Shown: piece after piece, positions 8,785-17,200 of the stretch
Layout of the letters: each line of letters begins with the position of its first letter
Position numbering within the stretch: the first letter of the stretch is position 1
Assembly (NCBI GenBank): GCA_903832855.1
Contig: CAILDB010000017.1
Location: forward strand, 4,992 to 68,991
DNA length: 64,000 nt
From: an uncultured bacterium
Lineage (GTDB): Bacteria; Patescibacteriota; Minisyncoccia; Phycocordibacterales; GWA1-40-21
Direction: 5' to 3'
Translations under genes and position numbers: made by a program
The notes under the pieces: model-generated
The model's input: only the letters and a program-made list of their open reading frames with translations
What the model was told of the DNA's origin: nothing
Database searches by the model: none

Positions 8785-10044
8785 ATGTTCGTCGTAAAAT
8801 TTGCGACTACGAATGATTTGTATTATAATTACCTCATGTCGTTCTTTTCTTTTTCAAAAAAAAATACGCAAAAGTTTTCATTGCTTTTTGATATAAGAGG
8901 GGACTCGGTGGTTTCGGCTATTGTTAAAACCTCTAGCACGGATAAGCCAGAAATAATCTACTCAAATAATATTCCGGTGGTGATGAGAGAGGAAGTGGAT
9001 CCAGAAAGATATACGGGGTTTATTTTGAAGGGACTCGGAGCGTGCGTAGATGACGCTTACAAAAATGGCGTAGTTAAAACGCTCAAGACTCTAGACAAAA
9101 GCGCCAAAATAGAAGACATCCACATCATTCTTTCTTCACCTTGGGTTTTGTCACAAAGCAAGGACATTACTATCAAAAAAGACAAGGATTTTAGAATTGA
9201 CCAAAATCTTTTGAAGAAAGTTCTACTTGACGAAGAGTCAGATATTTCATCATCCGATATTTTTTCTCAAAAAGAATCAGGCAAAAAGAATGGCACAGAA
9301 GTAATTGAGGAAAAAATAATTCAGTCGAAAATAAATGGTTATAAGATTGATTCTATTTTTCAGAAAAGTGCAAACGAATTAAATCTCAATCTTCTCATCT
9401 CTGCCTCAAACACATCTTTTATAAAAAGTGTAAAGACTGCTATTGGAAAAATGTTTGGTCAAAACAAAATCTCTTTCCATTCGTTTCTACTTTGTGGTTT
9501 CTCAGTTATCAGAGATATTTATCCTCACAAAAATGATTTCATATTTGTGGACATTAGTGCAGAGACTACAGATGTCTGTGTGGTGACAGATGATGTCATT
9601 CACAAAATTTACAGCTATTCTCTCGGCAAAAACGACATAATTAGAAAAATTTCAGAAAAAACGGGCAACCCATACGATATGGTCGTTTCACTTTTAAATT
9701 TGCAATGCAATGGTAACTGTGATGAAAAGTTAGTAGGAAGAAATGAAACAGCTCTAACCGAGGTCATTTTAGAGTGGACTGTAGAGCTATACAAAATATT
9801 TGATACAGTTATTTCCAGAAACAATATTCCGAAGGATATCTTTTTTTCCGTGGATGATGATATAATAAATATTATTGGTAAAAAAATGCAGGTATATAAG
9901 ACCGCTCACTCAATATTAAATAATGATTTTATTATCAATTTGATAAATGACGGAGCATTCAACAATTATATAAATAAGGGGAAAACTATAGTGAGGGATG
10001 CTCGTCTAAAAGAATGCGCTCTTTTTTTGAACAAATTAAAATAA
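8785..10044 (+). CDS. hypothetical actin-fold ATPase (PilM/FtsA-like)
   Basis: FSLLFDIRGDSVVSAIVK resembles phosphate-1 and FIFVDISAETTDVCVV resembles the phosphate-2 DxGxxTTD motif of PilM/FtsA; otherwise divergent; real start may be at MSFFSF. Confidence 0.35.
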   Translation: MFVVKFATTNDLYYNYLMSFFSFSKKNTQKFSLLFDIRGDSVVSAIVKTSSTDKPEIIYSNNIPVVMREEVDPERYTGFILKGLGACVDDAYKNGVVKTLKTLDKSAKIEDIHIILSSPWVLSQSKDITIKKDKDFRIDQNLLKKVLLDEESDISSSDIFSQKESGKKNGTEVIEEKIIQSKINGYKIDSIFQKSANELNLNLLISASNTSFIKSVKTAIGKMFGQNKISFHSFLLCGFSVIRDIYPHKNDFIFVDISAETTDVCVVTDDVIHKIYSYSLGKNDIIRKISEKTGNPYDMVVSLLNLQCNGNCDEKLVGRNETALTEVILEWTVELYKIFDTVISRNNIPKDIFFSVDDDIINIIGKKMQVYKTAHSILNNDFIINLINDGAFNNYINKGKTIVRDARLKECALFLNKLK

Positions 10045-10050
10045 TTAAAA

Positions 10051-11433
10051 ATGACAAAAAAATTAATACAAGATATTACAGTTAAAAAGAAAAGAATTGG
10101 AATCAAAAAGAGTTCACAGGTTGTTCCTATTCAAAATATTTATGTTTCAAAAGAAGAAAAAATTTCTGAAACAAGCACAAAAGACACAGTAGAAATAGAC
10201 AGAGATATAGAAGAAAAAGTTAGAATATTTACAAAAAGAGAAGAAAGATCAGACGAACCACAGAAAATTCACAAAAACGGACAAAGATTTATGTGGCTAC
10301 TGATGGTCGCTTCTCTCATTGCGGTTGTATTTATTGTAGGTTCATATTTTGCTTCCGCGACAGTTTTTATCACACCCAAAACGGTTGAAATAAACGCGAC
10401 CTCAACTCTAAGCATTTCTACGAGTTCTCCTCAGCTTGGATTGCAATATCAGCTTCTTATCTTGGATAGCGAAACGTCCCAATCAATAACTGCAGATAGT
10501 AATCAAAATGTTCAAAGAAAAGCAATGGGAAAAATTACCATTTACAATGCTTATGGAAAGACCACCCAAAGACTTACAAACAATACCAGATTTGAAGCAA
10601 CTGACGGGAAAATTTACAGAATTCGTGAATCAGTAGATGTTCCAGGATATACTATTGTAGGTGGACAAAAAGTTCCGGGAAGTATCGAGACAGATGTCAT
10701 CGCAGATGTGGCAGGTGTGGAATACAATATGAAAATTTCTGACCTGAAAGGTGATTTTAAAATTCCCGGTTTCAAAGGCTCACTCAAATACGACTCATTT
10801 TATGGAAGAATTTCCTCGGATATTACAGGTGGATTTGTTGGCTCAGAAAAAGTTGTCTCCGCCGATAAACTCACAAAAGCAAGACAGGACTTGGAAGATA
10901 AATTAAAGACAGAACTTTTAGTCAAAGCAACAGAATCAAAACCGTCCGGATATGACCTTCTCCCCGGATCATATTTCTATGAAATAATAAATGAAGACGA
11001 CAATAGTGCACAAGTAGAAAATTATTTAGTTAAAACAAAAGCGACACTGCGTGTCTTTCTGTTCAAAAATTCTGATTTAGCGACATACCTTGCAACAAAA
11101 AAAATAAAGGACTTTGTAAGTAGCACAAACAATGTTTTTGTAATATGGGAAAGTGACTATGGTGTGAAAATAAATGGCCAGACAGATAGACCATGGGAGG
11201 AAAAAGTCATAAAAATGGATACATTTGGAACTGCCAAAATTATTTGGGACATTGATGAAGATATTCTAAAATCAGCTATTTCAGGACTTAATAAAAAGGA
11301 TATTCTTGCTGTTATCAAAAACACATTCACCGATACGATTTCCAATGTTACCTTTGTCATACGACCACAATGGAATTCCACTTTTCCAAAAGATGTCAAT
11401 AAAATAAAAGTTGAAAATACAATAATAAAATAA
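10051..11433 (+). CDS. hypothetical bitopic membrane protein (partner of the upstream actin-like protein)
   Basis: Single TM (FMWLLMVASLIAVVFIVGSYF) after a charged N-terminus, followed by a ~350-aa beta-rich extracytoplasmic domain. Confidence 0.45.
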   Translation: MTKKLIQDITVKKKRIGIKKSSQVVPIQNIYVSKEEKISETSTKDTVEIDRDIEEKVRIFTKREERSDEPQKIHKNGQRFMWLLMVASLIAVVFIVGSYFASATVFITPKTVEINATSTLSISTSSPQLGLQYQLLILDSETSQSITADSNQNVQRKAMGKITIYNAYGKTTQRLTNNTRFEATDGKIYRIRESVDVPGYTIVGGQKVPGSIETDVIADVAGVEYNMKISDLKGDFKIPGFKGSLKYDSFYGRISSDITGGFVGSEKVVSADKLTKARQDLEDKLKTELLVKATESKPSGYDLLPGSYFYEIINEDDNSAQVENYLVKTKATLRVFLFKNSDLATYLATKKIKDFVSSTNNVFVIWESDYGVKINGQTDRPWEEKVIKMDTFGTAKIIWDIDEDILKSAISGLNKKDILAVIKNTFTDTISNVTFVIRPQWNSTFPKDVNKIKVENTIIK

Positions 11434-11447
11434 TGTGGAAATTTTGC

Positions 11448-11475
11448 TTGACTATTATTTAGTTTTTGTTATGAT
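11448..11475 (+). promoter_or_regulatory. sigma70-like promoter TTGACT-16-TATGAT upstream of infA
   Basis: Consensus-like -35 and -10 elements about 20 nt upstream of the infA ATG. Confidence 0.4.
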
Positions 11476-11493
11476 AGAATTTCTCGTTTAATA

Positions 11494-11715
11494 ATGAAGG
11501 AAAAAGATAAAAATAAAACATTCATCGTAGGCACAGTTACCGAGGCATTTCCCAATACTCTTTTTAAGGTTAAGCCTGACGGAGAGGGTGAAGAATTCCT
11601 CACTTTTTTGGCTGGTAAAATGCGACTACACAGAATAAGAATTCTCATCGGAGATAGAGTAGAAGTAGAGATAGACCCATACGGAGGTAAGGGCAAAATA
11701 ATAAAAAGATTATAA
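11494..11715 (+). CDS. infA: translation initiation factor IF-1
   Basis: [51 protein letters not shown] is the S1-like fold. Confidence 0.9.
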   Translation: MKEKDKNKTFIVGTVTEAFPNTLFKVKPDGEGEEFLTFLAGKMRLHRIRILIGDRVEVEIDPYGGKGKIIKRL

Positions 11716-11719
11716 TTTT

Positions 11720-11836
11720 ATGCAAGTAAAAGCATCAGTAAAAAAGATTTGTGCCAAATGTATTTCCGTTCGCAGGAAAGGCCGTGTTCATATTGTCTGC
11801 AAAGCCAATCCAAAGCACAAACAAAGACAAGGGTAA
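11720..11836 (+). CDS. rpmJ: 50S ribosomal protein L36
   Basis: [38 protein letters not shown] (38 aa; below the ORF-track cutoff, found by eye). Confidence 0.85.
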   Translation: MQVKASVKKICAKCISVRRKGRVHIVCKANPKHKQRQG

Positions 11837-11841
11837 GACAG

Positions 11842-11870
11842 TTGATTATTTTTTAAAAAGGTGCTATCAT
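11842..11870 (+). promoter_or_regulatory. possible internal promoter TTGATT-17-TATCAT upstream of rpsM
   Basis: Sequence match only. Confidence 0.3.
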
Positions 11871-11889
11871 AGCAACTCATAAATTTATT

Positions 11890-12270
11890 ATGCGTATAGT
11901 AGGAATAAACATACCGGAAAACAAAAAATTGAAAATCGGGCTTACGGTTCTTTATGGGATCGGTTCTTCGCTAGCTTTGATCATCTTAAAAGAGGCAAAA
12001 GTTGACGGTGAGAAAAAGCCAACTGAGATGACTGCCGATGAGGAAAACAGAATCAAAAAAATAATTGAAAAAAGAAAAATAGAGGGTGATCTCAAAAGAG
12101 AAGTTGGCGGAAATATCAAAAGACTTAAAGATATCAAATGTTACAGAGGTATAAGGCATATGAAGAAGCTCCCGGGAAGAGGTCAAAGAACAAAGACGAA
12201 TTCTAGGACACTCAGAGGTAACACCAGAAAGACAATGGGAACAGGCAGAAAGATAGCAGATAAAAAATAA
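11890..12270 (+). CDS. rpsM: 30S ribosomal protein S13
   Basis: MRIVGINIPENKKLKIGLTVLYGIG. Confidence 0.9.
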   Translation: MRIVGINIPENKKLKIGLTVLYGIGSSLALIILKEAKVDGEKKPTEMTADEENRIKKIIEKRKIEGDLKREVGGNIKRLKDIKCYRGIRHMKKLPGRGQRTKTNSRTLRGNTRKTMGTGRKIADKK

Positions 12271-12271
12271 A

Positions 12272-12700
12272 ATGGGTAAAAAACGAATTGTCACAACAGG
12301 TACAAAAGAGACAGAAGGAAAGGAATCTTCTGTCAAAACAGTCTCAAAGAAAAAACTTGAGGTTGGTATTTTGTTTGTCCAATCAACCTACAACAATACA
12401 AAAGTTATGCTTGCCGATACAAAAGGCAATGCAGTACTTTGGTCATCTAGCGGTTCACTAGGATTTAAAGGTGCAAAGAAAGGCACTCCTTTTGCAGCTG
12501 CAAAAGTTGGTGAGCTTCTCGCAGACAAAGCCGCACTTCTAGGAATGAAGGAAGTCGCTGTCATTATAAACGGCGTGGGCTCAGGTAGAGAGTCAGCAGT
12601 CCGAGGTTTTACATCAAAAGGTATAAATATCACAAGTATCAAGGATGTCACACCAGTTCCTCACAACGGACCAAAGCCACCTAAACCAAGAAGAGTATAA
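12272..12700 (+). CDS. rpsK: 30S ribosomal protein S11
   Basis: GILFVQSTYNNTKVMLADTKGNAVLWSSSGSLGFKGAKKGTPFAA. Confidence 0.9.
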   Translation: MGKKRIVTTGTKETEGKESSVKTVSKKKLEVGILFVQSTYNNTKVMLADTKGNAVLWSSSGSLGFKGAKKGTPFAAAKVGELLADKAALLGMKEVAVIINGVGSGRESAVRGFTSKGINITSIKDVTPVPHNGPKPPKPRRV

Positions 12701-12707
12701 AAAAAAT

Positions 12708-13328
12708 ATGAAATTCGGACCAAAATATAAAATAGCAAGAAGACTCGGACCAAATGTTTTTGACAAAACAGAAACACCTAAATTTGCTTTACGTGCAAAA
12801 GCAAAGGAAATGAAAAAGTCCCGTTCAAAGATGAAGCCAAAAGCTAAGTCCGACTTTGGATTACAACTTTTAGAAAAACAAAAAGCAAAAGTAACTTACG
12901 GAATAAGCGAGAAGAAATTTTATAATTATGTTCACGCAATTCTTTCACAAAGAGGTGCAAACAGCCAAGACGAATTAATTCAAGATCTAGAATTACGACT
13001 AGACAACGTCATCTACAGAATCGGTTTTACAAAATCACGACAAGCCTCAAGACAAATGGTAAATCACGGTCATATAGATGTAAACGGTATGAGAATAAAT
13101 ATTCCTTCCTATAAAGTCAAATTAGGTGATGTCATTTCAATAAGAGAAAGAAGCAAAGCAAAACCACTTTTCAAAGCGCTTGATGAGGGCTTGAAAGACA
13201 CCGTCTGCCCATCTTGGATTTCATTTGATAAATCCACAAAGATAGCAAAAATTCAAGGTATGCCAAAGCTCTCACCAGCAGAAGTCAAGTTTGATATTTC
13301 CGCAATTTTTCAATATTACAGTAGATAA
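12708..13328 (+). CDS. rpsD: 30S ribosomal protein S4
   Basis: MKFGPKYKIARRLG start and S4-domain NHGHIDVNGMRINIPSYKVKLGDVI; the longer track ORF from 12645 overlaps rpsK and is rejected. Confidence 0.9.
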   Translation: MKFGPKYKIARRLGPNVFDKTETPKFALRAKAKEMKKSRSKMKPKAKSDFGLQLLEKQKAKVTYGISEKKFYNYVHAILSQRGANSQDELIQDLELRLDNVIYRIGFTKSRQASRQMVNHGHIDVNGMRINIPSYKVKLGDVISIRERSKAKPLFKALDEGLKDTVCPSWISFDKSTKIAKIQGMPKLSPAEVKFDISAIFQYYSR

Positions 13329-13369
13329 AATTATTTTTATTAGCTTTATTAATTATTAATATATTTTTT

Positions 13370-14338
13370 ATGTCCGAAAAAAATAAAATATTAGTGCCTT
13401 CAAAGCCAAGAATTGTCAAAGAGGAAGACTTTTCTGGTGTCTATGAAATTGACGGTCTTTATCCTGGGTACGGTCACACTCTTGGAAACTCTCTCAGAAG
13501 AATTATTCTCTCTTCTATGCCTGGATGTGCTATCACCTCCGTCAAAATTGACGGCGTGGATCATGAATTTTCTACTTTAAGCGGAGTAAAGGAAGATGTT
13601 ATCAACATTATTCTCAATTTGAAAAAGGTCAGAGTCAAAATTCTTACCAATGAAGCACAAAAGATTGAACTCAAAATCAAAGGCATCAAGGAAGTCACCG
13701 CCGGAGATATCAAAGTTCCTGGACAAGTTGAAATATTAAATCCAGAGCAACATATCGCTACTATTACAGACAAAAACACTGAGCTTAATATTGAGATGAC
13801 TGTAGAAACAGGCCTCGGATATGTTCCAAAAGAAGCTCTCCAGCAAGACAGAGTTGAGATCGGTACTATTGCACTTGATGCCATTTTCACACCTATCAGA
13901 AGAGTAAACTACGAAGTAGAAAATATGCGTGTTGGAGACAGAACAGATTTTAATAAATTGAGAATTTCGATTACGACAGATGGTACTGTCACTCCACACG
14001 AGACACTTGAAAGATCAATTCATATAATGATTGAACAGCTCAAAGCCATTGTCGGTTTTGTAGAAAAAGAGGAAGTAAAGGAGGTCAAAAAAGAAAAGGA
14101 AACAAAAGTTGAAAAAGAAGGTAATGAAGTTGACCCAGAATTTTTGAAAACAAGAATAGAGACTCTTGAAATGTCTGTTAGAACTGTAAACGCTCTCACA
14201 AACGCAAACATCAGAACAATCGGTGGACTTGCAAGAAAGAAAGAAAGTGATTTACTTGACATTGAAGGTCTTGGCTCAAAAGGAATTCAAGAGATAAAGA
14301 AGTCACTGGGTGATTTTGGTATAACATTAAAAGATTAA
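13370..14338 (+). CDS. rpoA: DNA-directed RNA polymerase alpha subunit
   Basis: N-terminal dimerisation domain VKIDGVDHEFSTLSGVKEDV; C-terminal HhH EMSVRTVNAL. Confidence 0.9.
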   Translation: MSEKNKILVPSKPRIVKEEDFSGVYEIDGLYPGYGHTLGNSLRRIILSSMPGCAITSVKIDGVDHEFSTLSGVKEDVINIILNLKKVRVKILTNEAQKIELKIKGIKEVTAGDIKVPGQVEILNPEQHIATITDKNTELNIEMTVETGLGYVPKEALQQDRVEIGTIALDAIFTPIRRVNYEVENMRVGDRTDFNKLRISITTDGTVTPHETLERSIHIMIEQLKAIVGFVEKEEVKEVKKEKETKVEKEGNEVDPEFLKTRIETLEMSVRTVNALTNANIRTIGGLARKKESDLLDIEGLGSKGIQEIKKSLGDFGITLKD

Positions 14339-14342
14339 TAAG

Positions 14343-14690
14343 ATGAATCACGGAAATAAAAACAAAGAATTGGGAAGAGAGAGAAATCAAAGAAATGCTT
14401 TGATAAAATCTTTGATTACCTCACTTGTAAGAGATGGCAAAATTCAGACAACTGAAACAAGAGCAAAAGTTATCAAGCCAAGAATTGAAAAGATGATTAC
14501 AAAGGCAAAAGTTCCAACTATTTCAATAGAAAGAGCTTTGGCTTCATCAATCGGCGAGGTTAGTGCACACAAAATAATCAAAGAAATCGCACCAAAGTAT
14601 GTAAAGAGAACTGGTGGATATCTGAGAATTATTAAAATGAATCCAAGACTTAGCGACGGAGCAAGAATGGCTCAAATTGAATTTGTATAA
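14343..14690 (+). CDS. rplQ: 50S ribosomal protein L17
   Basis: NHGNKNKELGRERNQRNALIKSLITSLVRDGKIQTTETRAK. Confidence 0.9.
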   Translation: MNHGNKNKELGRERNQRNALIKSLITSLVRDGKIQTTETRAKVIKPRIEKMITKAKVPTISIERALASSIGEVSAHKIIKEIAPKYVKRTGGYLRIIKMNPRLSDGARMAQIEFV

Positions 14691-14694
14691 AATT

Positions 14695-15048
14695 ATGGAA
14701 AACAAAATTTACAAAATAGACGCAAGTGGTGAAAAGCTAGGAAGACTCGCAAGCAGAGTTGCTTCAATTCTCTTGGGTAAAAACCGAACCGATTTTGCCA
14801 AAAATACAATAGCTCCAGTAAAAGTTGAGGTCACAAATGCTTCAAAGTTGAATATTTCAGAAAAAAGATTGGATAAGAAAGTTTACACTTCATATTCCGG
14901 ATATCCAGGAGGCCTTATTGAAAAGAAAATGGACAAAGTTATTGCAGACAAAGGATATTCTGATGTTTTGAAAAGAGCAGTTTACAGAATGATTCCACCA
15001 AATAGACTTCGAGCAAAAATTATGCTTAATATTAAGATAACCGAATAA
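14695..15048 (+). CDS. rplM: 50S ribosomal protein L13
   Basis: MENKIYKIDASGEKLGRLASRVA; start taken at the ATG after the rplQ stop rather than the overlapping 14677 ATG. Confidence 0.85.
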   Translation: MENKIYKIDASGEKLGRLASRVASILLGKNRTDFAKNTIAPVKVEVTNASKLNISEKRLDKKVYTSYSGYPGGLIEKKMDKVIADKGYSDVLKRAVYRMIPPNRLRAKIMLNIKITE

Positions 15049-15052
15049 AAAT

Positions 15053-15457
15053 ATGACAGAAACCAAGAGATACATAGAGACAGTCGGAAGAAGAAAAACT
15101 TCCATCGCAAGAGTCAGAATCACACCTTCTGCAAAGAGTTCTTTTGCTATAAATGACGGAATGAGTGCAGTAGAATATTTCAAAACAGAAAAGCTCGCAA
15201 GAATCGCAACAGAAGCTTTGAAGAAATTTAGCGTTACTTCGGATTTTGTCGTCACAGTAAAAGTTTCCGGTGGGGGAGCCAATTCCCAAGCCGAAGCCGT
15301 AAGACACGGACTAGGCCGTGCACTCGTCGCATTTGATGCAACTCTCAGAAAAGATATCAAGAAAGCAGGTTTCCTAAAAAGAGATCCTCGCTCAAAGGAA
15401 AGAAGAAAATTCGGTCTCAAGAAAGCGAGGAAGGCGCCTCAATGGTCTAAAAGATAA
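15053..15457 (+). CDS. rpsI: 30S ribosomal protein S9
   Basis: C-terminal RRKFGLKKARKAPQWSKR. Confidence 0.9.
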   Translation: MTETKRYIETVGRRKTSIARVRITPSAKSSFAINDGMSAVEYFKTEKLARIATEALKKFSVTSDFVVTVKVSGGGANSQAEAVRHGLGRALVAFDATLRKDIKKAGFLKRDPRSKERRKFGLKKARKAPQWSKR

Positions 15458-15593
15458 CCTAATAATAATTTGCAAGGAATACTCGGGATTACTTCTCGAG
15501 TTTTTCTTTAGTCGCGCCTGACGATGTCCCGTAGCAAGCTTGCTTTGCTACTGGGACAAGAAAAGCTCCACAGTGGTCAAAGAGATAATTCAA

Positions 15594-15628
15594 AAGGCCC
15601 GCGATAAGAATCGCGGGCCTTTTATTTT
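15594..15628 (+). terminator. rho-independent terminator (ggcccgcgat aagaa tcgcgggcc + TTTTATTTT)
   Basis: 10-bp GC stem plus U-tract downstream of rpsI. Confidence 0.6.
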
Positions 15629-15656
15629 CCCTCAAATATGTTAAAATAGCCATCAA

Positions 15657-16262
15657 ATGGCTAAAGATAAAGACAAAAATGAAGACGAGATTGTCTATGA
15701 AGACAATACAAAAAAACCAGCCACAAAGCTGGATTCTGATGATGTTGTTGCAGACGAAGAAAACGAATCAGCAGAAAATTTGGCAAAAAAACTTCGTGAA
15801 AAATTAAAAATTTGCGAAAAAGAAAAGCAAGAATACATGAACGGCTGGCAGAGAGAACGCGCCGACTTCATCAACTTCAAAGCCCGCTCCGAGGAAGAAA
15901 AAAGAGAATACATTAAATTCGCAAATGAAAATTTGCTAGAAGAAATGCTCACCGTTCTCGAAAGTTTTGATATGGCATTTATGAACAAAGAGCAGTGGAA
16001 TTCCGTACCGGAAAATTGGCGTGTGGGTGTGGAATATATTCATTCACAGCTTGTAAAAATTCTTGACGACAACGGCCTGAAAGAATTTATTCCAAAAGTA
16101 GGCGACAAATTTGACCCGACACTTCATATTGCCGAAGAAATGATCCCCGTCAAAACGGAATCCGAAGATAATAAAATTATTGAAGTGAAAAAGAAGGGTT
16201 ACACAATGAACGGTAAAATAATAATTGCACCGAGGGTGATGGTGGGGGAGTTTAAAAAATAA
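15657..16262 (+). CDS. grpE: nucleotide exchange factor GrpE
   Basis: RERADFINFKARSEEEKRE coiled coil and C-terminal GYTMNGKIIIAPRVMVGEF. Confidence 0.85.
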   Translation: MAKDKDKNEDEIVYEDNTKKPATKLDSDDVVADEENESAENLAKKLREKLKICEKEKQEYMNGWQRERADFINFKARSEEEKREYIKFANENLLEEMLTVLESFDMAFMNKEQWNSVPENWRVGVEYIHSQLVKILDDNGLKEFIPKVGDKFDPTLHIAEEMIPVKTESEDNKIIEVKKKGYTMNGKIIIAPRVMVGEFKK

Positions 16263-16264
16263 AA

Positions 16265-16290
16265 AAGTGGCAAGGTCTGACCTTGCCACG
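16265..16290. terminator. bidirectional terminator hairpin gtggcaaggtc/gaccttgccac
   Basis: 11-bp perfect stem between grpE (+) and the 16305..16598 (-) gene. Confidence 0.55.
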
Positions 16291-16304
16291 CGAGTCGATT
16301 CATC

Positions 16305-16598
16305 CTATTCAGTGACTTTTTCATCAGACCATTTTTGAGAACTGAGGCCCAGATTATCTGAAAAAACACCAATTTTTTCACGCTCAGGGGGACTACATCC
16401 ACTAAGCTTACATCCATGTTTTGAAATATCTCCATTCTCCAAAACTGGATGATAAAGAGTGTGACATCCATCAAACAAGGCAACAAAGAAGATCCTGCCA
16501 CTACCGTCCTTTCTCCGAAAAACAATTCCGTCGCAGACGGCTACCGCTAGAACCGTTTCAAAAATATCTCCATCAAATACTTTCATTTGTTTGGCCAT
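16305..16598 (-). CDS. hypothetical Cys/His-containing small protein (97 aa)
   Basis: AAGGAGG RBS 6 nt before the MAKQMKVF start; CDG...GCHTLYH...HGCKLSGC may bind metal. Confidence 0.45.
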   Translation of the reverse strand: MAKQMKVFDGDIFETVLAVAVCDGIVFRRKDGSGRIFFVALFDGCHTLYHPVLENGDISKHGCKLSGCSPPEREKIGVFSDNLGLSSQKWSDEKVTE

Positions 16599-16665
16599 GT
16601 CTAGCCTCCTTTCTTTTGTACAATTCCTAAACACAATATCACTTTAGAAAAATATGTCAACTAAT

Positions 16666-16692
16666 TTGACTTTACCATAAATATGCTATAAT
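16666..16692 (+). promoter_or_regulatory. sigma70-like promoter TTGACT-15-(tgc)TATAAT
   Basis: Extended -10 about 7 nt upstream of the 16699 ATG (possibly leaderless or short leader). Confidence 0.4.
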
Positions 16693-16698
16693 ACCCCT

Positions 16699-16998
16699 AT
16701 GTTAGCCATTCAAAAACAACCAAAATACATTCAAAAGGTCTGCAAAATGCCAGATGGGCGATTTGCTGTGGTGTTTTTTGAGGTGTGCGAAATTGGCGGA
16801 CATTACAAGGCAAAAGCCGTATTCTGGAAAGCACTAGACGAACAAACTATACCAAAAACTGAAGTTGTAGCTTTGCCGGCATATTTTGAAAGACAAGCGA
16901 TTACACCGGTGCTCAGTCCGTTTTTTGCTGAAGCAGAAAAACTTTTAAAAGATTTAGCATTTATTGTGAGCCAGCCAACTAGAGCTCCGGCTTTTTAA
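16699..16998 (+). CDS. hypothetical protein
   Basis: 99-aa ORF between grpE and dnaK; no family recognised. Confidence 0.4.
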   Translation: MLAIQKQPKYIQKVCKMPDGRFAVVFFEVCEIGGHYKAKAVFWKALDEQTIPKTEVVALPAYFERQAITPVLSPFFAEAEKLLKDLAFIVSQPTRAPAF

Positions 16999-17006
16999 TA
17001 ATTTAC

Positions 17007-17159
17007 TCTGTCATTGCGAATGCGAAGCATGAAGCAATCCAGAGTTTTTTTAGTGTTTTAGATTGCTTCGGAATACCTCGCAAAGACATAAAAGATGGAT
17101 CCCGTTCTTCAACGGGATGACCCCAGTAGTAAAGAACTCAGAAGTTCTTACTACGGGGC
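17007..17159. repeat. array of hairpin repeat units upstream of dnaK
   Basis: Four units: ctctgtcattgcgaatgcgaagcatgaagcaatccag; gattgcttcggaatacctcgcaaagac; gatggatcccgttcttcaacgggatgac; ccccagtagtaaagaactcagaagttcttactacgggg. Confidence 0.7.
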
Positions 17160-17200
17160 AGACAGAAAAAAAATTATTAAATTTTAATTAAATAAAAAAT

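Noticed and set aside
12645-12707. Upstream extension of rpsD (and similarly 14677 for rplM, 60450 for the Clp-like gene, 53612..53656 for recR, 57590 for rsuA)
   Set aside because: The extensions overlap the preceding genes and do not match the conserved N-termini; the internal ATGs give canonical starts.
15481-15590. Imperfect hairpin gtcccgtagcaa...ttgctactgggac downstream of rpsI as a possible small RNA
   Set aside because: Single imperfect stem with no promoter or terminator of its own; more likely part of the rpsI 3' UTR preceding the real terminator at 15594.
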